NCBI GenBank assembly: GCA_965217865.1
Contig: CBDCJO010000002.1
Coordinates: 4,352,001 to 4,416,000, forward strand
Source: Candidatus Latescibacterota bacterium
GTDB lineage: Bacteria > Latescibacterota > UBA2968 > SICM01
Direction of reading: 5' to 3'
DNA length: 64,000 nucleotides
The notes under the pieces were generated by a model. That model saw only the letters and a program-made list of their open reading frames with translations, had not been told where the DNA came from and ran no database searches. The translations under genes and the position numbers were made by a program. Positions 29,788 to 37,900 of this stretch are shown here, piece by piece. How positions within the stretch are numbered: the first letter of the stretch is position 1; each line of letters begins with the position of its first letter.

Positions 29788-30681
29788 TTATGTCATTTCT
29801 GCAATCAACTCATCGAACAATGGCTGGTCGATGCCAAGGGACTGGTCGACCAGCGGACCTTCCTTAAACACCGGCTCGCTGTCTTCGTAGATGGGTTGCT
29901 CATCCTTATAGAAGAGGCCCATCGGGATCCGGTCGCCCCACTCAAACGACCGCTCTAATCCGGCGGTGACATCGGATGGATCGTAGCCCGTTTCGTCCTC
30001 AAGCAGGTAAAGGCGCTCCTTAAACCAGGGGTATGTGTTTATTTTGTTAAAGGTGACGCACGGGCTGAACACATCAATCAGGGCAAAGCCGCGATGGGCG
30101 ATGCCTCCGGCAAAAAGCTGCGTTAAATGTTTCGGGTTTCCCGAAAAGGCACGTGCCACATAGGTGGCCCCGGACGAGATTCCAAGCGCGATGGGATTGA
30201 TGGGCAACTCAACATTTCCCCGTGGCGTGGTCAGGGTTCGCACGTCTTTCATCGTGGTCGGGGATGCCTGGCCGGTGGTCAGGCCGTAGATCTGGTTGTT
30301 CATCACGATATAGGTCAGGTCCAGGTTGCGGCGCATGGCGTGGATGAAATGGCACATTCCGATGCCATAACCATCGCCATCTCCTCCGGTGACGACAACG
30401 TGCAGATCGTGGTTTGCCAGCTTGGCCCCCGTGGCCACAGGCAGCGCACGCCCGTGGAGGCTGTGGACGCCGTATGAGTTGATAAACCCGGGCAAGTTTG
30501 ACGAACACCCGATTCCAGATACGACGAGCACCTGGTGAGGCCGTATATCCAATTCGACCAAAGCCATCTTCAGGGACTTTAGGACACCGAAGTCTCCGCA
30601 GCCCGCGCACCAATCCGGATCCACCAGGGCGTCGTAGGTGTGAAGCGTCAATTCCTCAAGTTTTTCGGCCACGACTGCCAT
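29788..30681 (-). CDS. 2-oxoacid:ferredoxin oxidoreductase beta subunit
   Basis: WCAGCGD, SGIGCS, HGRALP, GDGD..NNQIYGLT, SPCVTFN. Confidence 0.95.
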   Translation of the reverse strand: MAVVAEKLEELTLHTYDALVDPDWCAGCGDFGVLKSLKMALVELDIRPHQVLVVSGIGCSSNLPGFINSYGVHSLHGRALPVATGAKLANHDLHVVVTGGDGDGYGIGMCHFIHAMRRNLDLTYIVMNNQIYGLTTGQASPTTMKDVRTLTTPRGNVELPINPIALGISSGATYVARAFSGNPKHLTQLFAGGIAHRGFALIDVFSPCVTFNKINTYPWFKERLYLLEDETGYDPSDVTAGLERSFEWGDRIPMGLFYKDEQPIYEDSEPVFKEGPLVDQSLGIDQPLFDELIAEMT

Positions 30682-30745
30682 CGAGAAAACTCCTTATGTG
30701 AAGGTCGCATTCAGATGTGAAAGGTCATAGGTATTTTTGTCCATA

Positions 30746-32761
30746 TCACTTCAAGTCCTCGTGCAGTTTCCAATCGTGGATTGAACCGGTCTCCCGACCG
30801 ATAAACAGATCCCCGACGGGGCCGCCATCTTTTTTGTCTGAGATCTTGACCTGCCACACGGGTTCGTTATATCCGTTGTCTGAGACCTCTTCGAAGCCCA
30901 CCGGCCGGCCTTTCTCTTTAAGATAGACCCGAATGTAGTGGTAGGCGATCTCGCGAGCCTCGTTCTGAGTAACCAGGCCGTTTTGTGGATGGCCTTCGAG
31001 GATGGCCTTCACCCGCTCCACGATATCTCCAGGTTCAAAGGGTTCTCCGTCATATCTCAAGATTAGATCGTCCACGGAAAATCCTGTTTCGGCCCGCAGG
31101 TGACGGGCAAACTGACCCGAGTAGTTTCCCTCCACCACAAAGGTTCGACGGCACACCTTCAAGATTTCAGAAACCTCCTGGCTGTGGAAGGGGAGGAGAT
31201 ACCTGGTGTGCAGGTGATTGGCGCTAATGCCGATTTCAGCCAACTTGTCGACCGCCTCGTGAATGACCCCCCACGTGGAACCCCATCCGATAAGGGTCAC
31301 ATCGGCATCGGCCGGACCCTCGAGCCGAGGTGGCGGCAATTGCGCCAGCACACCCTCCATCTTGCGCATCCGTTTTTCTTGCGACTTACGACGCAGGGAA
31401 GCGTTGGTGTGCTCGTCGCTGATCAACACGCCTCTCTCGTCGTGATCGTCGGTGGCTGCAACATAGGCAATCCCCTCGGTGCCTGGCAGAACGCGAGGAG
31501 AGACACCGGATGGCGTGAATGCATAGCGCTTGAAATCCCCGTTCTTTGCGAAATCTGGCACATCTCGCAACAGCTCGCCCCTTTCAATAGGGACATCAGG
31601 TGTCAGGGCGTCCGCTTCGATCGCCTCAACGTGCTGTCCCAGCATCAGGTCAGAGATCATGATCACGGGAAGCTGATACTGTTCGGCCAGATTGAAGGCC
31701 TCGGCCGTCATATAATAGCAGTCTTTGACATCGGAAGGGGCAACAATAACACGGGGATAATCACCCTGTGATGCCCCCAATGCTTGATTCAGATCGCCCT
31801 GCTCAGTCTTGGTCGGGAGTCCGGTGGAGGGCCCTCCCCGCTGCACATTGATGAAAACCGCGGGCGCTTCAATGATGCTGGCCATGCCGATCGCCTCGGT
31901 CATCAAGGCGAATCCTCCGCCCGAGGTGGCACACATGGCCCGTACCCCGGCGTGACCCGCACCGATGGTTATGTTGGCCACCGCGATCTCATCCTCCGCC
32001 TGTTTGACGGCCACACCGCACCGCTCGCCGTGAGACATGAACCAGTGCAGGATGCTGGAAGCGGGGCTCATCGGATAGGCCGCATAAAGTTTGCAACCGG
32101 CTGCTGTAGCGCCCAGGGCCATGGCAACGTTACCGGTGATGACGGGCATGCGGTTTCGGGAAAAGGTCCATTCGCCGTCGATCGGTTCTAGATTCTTGAG
32201 GGCGTAGTCATAACCGACTCGGGCCACGCCGACATTCTGCTCGATGATCTTAGGACCCTTGTGAGCGAAGGTGTCCGACAGCATACCGGCCATGACATCA
32301 AATTCGAGACGGAAGGCATGCATCAGCGCACCGAGGGCGACGATATTTTGCATAACAGGCAATAACTTGCCAAGATCTTTAGTCAGCTCTTTAAAGGGAA
32401 ATGGAAGCACCCGCACCCCTTCTGGCACCAAAAACGGGTCGCAGTTCAACTTGTCGCTGTTGTGTATGATCACGCCCCCCGGCTCCACTTCACGCGCGTG
32501 CCGTTCCAAGCTGTCCTGGTTGAGGGCGATCAGGGCGTTCAGATGGTCCCCGTGGTTGTGGACCTTTTTTTCGGAAATCCGGAGGCGCAGCCAGGTGTGT
32601 CCGCCCCGTATGAGGGACTGGTAGCTGTTGTAGGCGTAGACGTATAATCCTAGGCGGGCAACCGAGTGGGCAAGGGTATCCCCGGTTTTTTCCAATCCAT
32701 CGCCCGCCGCCCCTGCAATGCCCACAGTGATTTCCTGGTGCTGCCTGTTGGAGGTTGGCAT
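30746..32761 (-). CDS. 2-oxoacid:acceptor oxidoreductase alpha subunit (gamma-alpha fusion) with a C-terminal extension
   Basis: GAAGDG..IRGGH, YPMSPAS, EDEIA, ATSGGGF, QRGGPSTGLPT. Confidence 0.95.
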   Translation of the reverse strand: MPTSNRQHQEITVGIAGAAGDGLEKTGDTLAHSVARLGLYVYAYNSYQSLIRGGHTWLRLRISEKKVHNHGDHLNALIALNQDSLERHAREVEPGGVIIHNSDKLNCDPFLVPEGVRVLPFPFKELTKDLGKLLPVMQNIVALGALMHAFRLEFDVMAGMLSDTFAHKGPKIIEQNVGVARVGYDYALKNLEPIDGEWTFSRNRMPVITGNVAMALGATAAGCKLYAAYPMSPASSILHWFMSHGERCGVAVKQAEDEIAVANITIGAGHAGVRAMCATSGGGFALMTEAIGMASIIEAPAVFINVQRGGPSTGLPTKTEQGDLNQALGASQGDYPRVIVAPSDVKDCYYMTAEAFNLAEQYQLPVIMISDLMLGQHVEAIEADALTPDVPIERGELLRDVPDFAKNGDFKRYAFTPSGVSPRVLPGTEGIAYVAATDDHDERGVLISDEHTNASLRRKSQEKRMRKMEGVLAQLPPPRLEGPADADVTLIGWGSTWGVIHEAVDKLAEIGISANHLHTRYLLPFHSQEVSEILKVCRRTFVVEGNYSGQFARHLRAETGFSVDDLILRYDGEPFEPGDIVERVKAILEGHPQNGLVTQNEAREIAYHYIRVYLKEKGRPVGFEEVSDNGYNEPVWQVKISDKKDGGPVGDLFIGRETGSIHDWKLHEDLK

Positions 32762-32931
32762 CGATCTACTCCTTTCTAAAGATCTATTTCATTGTAAAAG
32801 TAGGTTCCAAAAAAGAAATCCCCTCCGGACGGGCTTCCGGCTTGCGATCCCATCCCATCCAGCACCTCCTAATCCTCAGGGATCGGTAAGTCACCCTATT
32901 ATGGGATGTGGAGTGAGGAAAAAATCACCTA

Positions 32932-32960
32932 ATTATACCAAAATCCATGCAATGGTGCAA
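32932..32960 (-). promoter_or_regulatory. Sigma70-type promoter (extended -10) for the oxidoreductase operon
   Basis: TTGCAC-N17-TATAAT with TG immediately upstream of the -10 in the TGn position. Confidence 0.6.
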
Positions 32961-33101
32961 GCGAGTTATTCAGGGACCCTCTGTTTCCGAGATGCAGGCA
33001 AATTTTAGAGGATTTCCAATACCGTATAAGCCAATATAAAAAAGACAGATAGAAAAATATTCACAAGCAAAGATCGTCACCCGCTTCGCGGATTAATAAA
33101 T

Positions 33102-33135
33102 AGAAGGCCCCCGCTCATTGGATCGGGGGCCTTCT
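33102..33135 (-). terminator. Probable intrinsic terminator downstream of the glycosyltransferase
   Basis: Perfect 12-bp stem AGAAGGCCCCCG/CGGGGGCCTTCT with an AT-rich tail on the minus strand. Confidence 0.6.
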
Positions 33136-33303
33136 GCGACCGTGGCGTTCGGAGGATCGCCACGACCCTTCGATGATTATTTTTTCACCAAAAACAAGAT
33201 AATGGGGAGGTGGCCTCATGACAAGCACAATATTTTGGGCCTGTGCTTCCCCCAACCCCCTCCCCTCCGAAAGGGAAACGGGGAAGGGGGGAACCGGAAG
33301 TTC

Positions 33304-34041
33304 TTAATCCCCCAACCGGTACCTGAAGATGGTGTAGAGGATCTTGATGCCCGCCTTTAGCGTTCCGGACAACGTGCCGGTGATTTTGGAGACGCCTATC
33401 CGCCGGCGATAGCTGACAGCCACTTCCGTGGCCGGGATCCGCATCCGTGCTGCCTTGACCTGCATCTCCACGGTCCACCCAAAGGTTTTATCCCGCATTT
33501 CGACCTTTTCCAGGGCACCCCTCGTGATCGCCCGGAAAGGGCCCAGATCCGTGAACCGGACACCGAAAAGCAGGCGAATCAAGAAAGTCGCCAGGGCGTT
33601 CCCGAACCGCGCCTGGGGCAGGAGCGCACGGTGTTCTGCCGTTCCCAGGGTCCGGGAGCCGATGACCAGCTGAGCATTTCTTAAAAGTATAGGTTCGAGG
33701 AGGCGAGGCATCTCGTCCGGGTGGTCGCTGTAGTCGCCGTCGAGAAACACCAGAATATCGGGGTGATCGGCCGCAGCGATTCCGGCCAGACACGCCGAAC
33801 CGTAGCCCCGCCGCCCTTCTATGACCACGCGTGCCCCGGCCTGCTCAGCCAAGGGGGCGGTCCGGTCGGTGGATCCGTTATCGACCACGATGATCTCTGT
33901 AACAAGCCCCTCCGGGATGTCGCCCAGGACCGAGATGATGCCGTCCTGTTCGTTGAAGACCGGAATAATCACGGAGATACGAGGATGGGTCTCTGACGTG
34001 TTTTTGGGTCGAATATCAAATTCTCCTATAGGCGCGTCCAC
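33304..34041 (-). CDS. Glycosyltransferase family 2
   Basis: ISVIIPVFNE, VVDNGSTD, FLDGDYSD, TDLGPFRAI, GWTVEMQ. Start uncertain. Confidence 0.92.
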   Translation of the reverse strand: MDAPIGEFDIRPKNTSETHPRISVIIPVFNEQDGIISVLGDIPEGLVTEIIVVDNGSTDRTAPLAEQAGARVVIEGRRGYGSACLAGIAAADHPDILVFLDGDYSDHPDEMPRLLEPILLRNAQLVIGSRTLGTAEHRALLPQARFGNALATFLIRLLFGVRFTDLGPFRAITRGALEKVEMRDKTFGWTVEMQVKAARMRIPATEVAVSYRRRIGVSKITGTLSGTLKAGIKILYTIFRYRLGD

Positions 34042-34049
34042 ACCATCCG

Positions 34050-34676
34050 TTACCCGTCCCTCCTTGCGTTGATCAGAATGCCGTGGGCAACTCTCTTTAA
34101 CCGAATATCTACGCATCCCGCGTTTCGAAAAAAGCGCTTCAGGTCAAGGTCAGAGTAGAGGAAAAATCGAGCATCGCTGATGATGGGAAAGATAAACTTG
34201 ATGAGCCGGCCCACCGGTCCGTTGTCCCGGGTCCATAATAGGGCATACCCCCCGGGACTAAGGCTCCGGATCATCTCCTGGACAACCCGGCGGGGATCCG
34301 CGGTGTGACAGATGACCCCAAATGATGTCGCCAGGTCAAAGACCCCGGAACGGAACGGCAGGGATCCGGCGCTGGCCTGGACGTATTGAATTTCAGTGGA
34401 TTTGCAGACGCGCTTCGCCTCTGCGAGGAATTGGGACGAGAGGTCCAGGCCCAAAACCTCAGAAATAGGATATAATTCCTTAGCGATCCTTGCGGCTGCC
34501 CCGGTCCCGGTACCGATGTCGAGAATGCGTCGAACGGGGTTCGGCACCTCTTCGATGGCCTGACGGATCATCCTTCCGTAGCCCATCCGGTCGAGAAAAT
34601 AAAGCCAAAGGTGATAGAATCGAGCGCTTGAACGGGCCCATATCCGGGTCCGCGATTCCTGTTCTCGGGTTTCCAT
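34050..34676 (-). CDS. Class I SAM-dependent methyltransferase (UbiE-like)
   Basis: ILDIGTGTG, GLDLS, LPFRSGVFD, LSPGG. Confidence 0.85.
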   Translation of the reverse strand: METREQESRTRIWARSSARFYHLWLYFLDRMGYGRMIRQAIEEVPNPVRRILDIGTGTGAAARIAKELYPISEVLGLDLSSQFLAEAKRVCKSTEIQYVQASAGSLPFRSGVFDLATSFGVICHTADPRRVVQEMIRSLSPGGYALLWTRDNGPVGRLIKFIFPIISDARFFLYSDLDLKRFFRNAGCVDIRLKRVAHGILINARRDG

Positions 34677-34974
34677 AGTTTCGAAAGTTAAAGCAATACC
34701 AAAGGCCTGGACAATAAAAAAGGCCCGGAAACGTCGAACCCTCCTTTTTCGTCTTGACTTGATCTTGTCGAGGACCCTAATTTGGCAGGTATTCTTTTGG
34801 GACTGAGTTCTCCCCGGTTTTACCTCCCCCCCAGTGTGCTGACCCCAACTTTTCCGGCACTTGAAAGCCGACCGAATTTCTCGCCTATTCATTGGATAGC
34901 TGGGTGGAATCGCCTCAATCCCAAATGATGATGAGATAAGATGATTTCGAAGGAAAATTTTTCAGGGATTATCC

Positions 34975-37900
34975 GTGGAAACACGTAACCTTGAAGTTCA
35001 CCGGGCCCGGGTCCACAACCTGCGAAATGTGAGCGTGGACCTGAAGCGCAACCGCTTGATCTGCTTCACGGGCGTGAGCGGTTCCGGAAAATCGTCCCTC
35101 GCGTTCGATACGATCTACGCGGAGGGACAGCGGCGGTACATCGAGTCTCTGTCCTCCTACGCCCGCCAGTTTTTGGGCCAGATGGAGAAGCCCGACGTCG
35201 ATGCGATTAAGGGGATCTCCCCCACGCTGTCGATCGAACAGAAGGCTGCGGGGAGGAACCCCCGATCAACGGTTGGGACGATCACTGAGATTTTCGACTA
35301 CCTCAGGGTGTTGTTTTCCAGGGTGGGTACCCCCCATTGCGTGAAGTGCGGGAAACCGATCGGGGCACAGTCCCGGGAGGGGATCGTGGAGAGGATTCTG
35401 GGTTTGGGAGAGGGGACACGGATTCACGTGATGGCCCCGATCGTTAAGAAGCGAAAGGGGGAGTACGTCGAACTGTTTCAGGAACTCCTGCGGGACGGAT
35501 ACGTCCGGGCAAGGGTTGACGGGAAACTCGTTGATCTTCCCGACACGCCAAGGTTAGGGCGATACATCAAACACGATATCGACGTGGTGGTGGATCGTCT
35601 TGTCGTGAGGCCTGATGAGCGGGTACGGGTGGCCGAGGCGGTGGACGCGGCGTTGCGGCTGGGCCAGGGCACCGTGATCGTAAGTATGGAACGGGGGGAG
35701 GGAAGAGGTGGAGAGGGGAAAAGGGACACCGGGCAGGCTCCGGCTCCGTTGCTTGCTCCGGACAAACTTGGAATGGATGGGGAGAAGGGTGGTGGGGAGT
35801 GGGATGAACTTCTCCTCAGCTGCAACTTTGCGTGCACCGAATGCGGAATCAGCGTGGAGGAACCGACGCCGCAGATGTTCTCTTTTAACAACCCGCAGGG
35901 GATGTGCCCTGAATGCAGCGGACTGGGGACAAGATTCGCCATGGACCTTTCCCTTGTCGTTCCGGACGAACGTCTCTCTCTCGTTGACGGGGCCATCACC
36001 CCGATCGGCGTACCGGCCAACAGGTGGAAACTTCATTACTATGAAGGCGTACTGAATCACTTTGGGTTCAATTGCAGGGATCCCTGGGAGAAGGTGAGCG
36101 ATGAGGCGCGCCGGTCCCTGCTTTACGGAATGGGGAACCGAAAGATCTGGTTCTCGTGGCGCAGGCGAAACGGATCGATATCTCGCCACAGGGACACATT
36201 CGAGGGGATCCTCGCGCCGCTGGAGCGGAAATATGTTGAAGGACGGTCCCATGCGATGCGAAAGGTCGGGAAATTCATGCGGACGTCACCCTGTGAGGCG
36301 TGCGAGGGTGCCCGTTTAAGGCCGGAGGCCCTGTCCGTTAAGATCGCGGGAGGATCGATCGCAGATGTCGTCAAGATGTCCGTCGAGGAGGCGCACGATT
36401 TCTTTTCATGCCTGGAATTGAATCGGACGCAGCAAATCATCGCCGAGGACGCGCTCAAGGAAATCGCAGGCCGTTTAAAGTTCCTGCTGGATGTGGGGCT
36501 GGGTTATCTGGCGCTGGATCGAACGGCCCCCACCCTTGCAGGGGGGGAGGCTCAGCGGATCCGTCTGGCCAGTCAAATCGGAAGCAGCCTGGTGGGCGTG
36601 ACCTACGTGCTGGATGAGCCGTCGATTGGACTCCACAACAGGGATAATCGCAAGCTCTTGAACGCACTGGGGGCATTGCGGGATGCCGGTAACACCGTTA
36701 TCGTGGTGGAACACGACGAAGAAACGATGAAGGAGGCGGACATGATCGTCGACTTCGGACCCGGACCGGGTCACCGGGGCGGGGAGATCACAGCCGTGGG
36801 GAACTGGGAGGAGGTGGCTTCATCCCCTGAATCGGTCACCGGTGATTATCTGGCCGGTCGGCGAAAGATCGCAATTCCGGATCGACGAAGGACGATCGAT
36901 GGGCGGTGGCTGGAGGTCTATGGAGCGCGTCAGAACAACCTGAAGGAGATCGATGTCCGAATTCCGATCGGCAGGTTGACTTGCGTCACGGGGGTCTCCG
37001 GTTCAGGAAAGAGTTCGCTCATCAACGACGTGGTCTTCGCTTCACTTGCCCGCGATCTGAACGGGGCCATGACCGAACCGGGGGCGTTCAGGGACATAAA
37101 AGGGACAGATCATCTCGATAAGGTGATCAAGATCGATCAACAGCCGATCGGACGGACCCCGCGAAGCAATCCTGCGACTTATACGGGTGTGTTTACACCG
37201 ATCCGCGAGTTGTTCGCCGAATTGCCGGAGTCAAAGGTCCGGGGATACAAGCCTGGGCGATTCAGCTTCAACGTAAAGGGGGGAAGATGCGCAGCGTGTG
37301 ATGGGTATGGGGCCAACCTGGTGGAGATGGATTTTCTCGCCGACGTCTGGGTCCAATGTCCCGTCTGCGAGGGGCAACGATTTAATCGAGAGACCCTTGA
37401 GGTCAGGTTCAAGGGGATGTCGATCGCCCAGGTCCAGGATATGGAGGTTGAAGAGGCCCTTGTCTTCTTCAAGGATATCCCGCGTATTCGGCGGATTCTC
37501 CAGACCCTCGAGGATGTTGGGATGGGATACGTGAAGTTGGGCCAGCCTGCCCCAACCCTGTCAGGAGGGGAAGCGCAGCGTGTAAAACTGGCTGCAGAAC
37601 TCTGCCGGAAAAGCACCGGAAAGACCCTTTATATACTCGATGAGCCGACAACAGGCCTCCATTTTGCGGACATTCAGAACCTTCTGAATGTCCTCCACCG
37701 ATTTGTGGATGAAGGAAATACGGTGATTGTGATCGAGCACAACATGGAAATCATCAAGACGGGGGATTGGTTGATCGACCTTGGCCCTGATGGGGGTGAT
37801 GGGGGGGGAGAGGTGGTCGCAACAGGAACACCGGAAGCGGTCAGCCGTGTGAAGGGCTCTTATACCGGAAACGTTTTGAAAGAGATCCTGAAAGGGAAGG

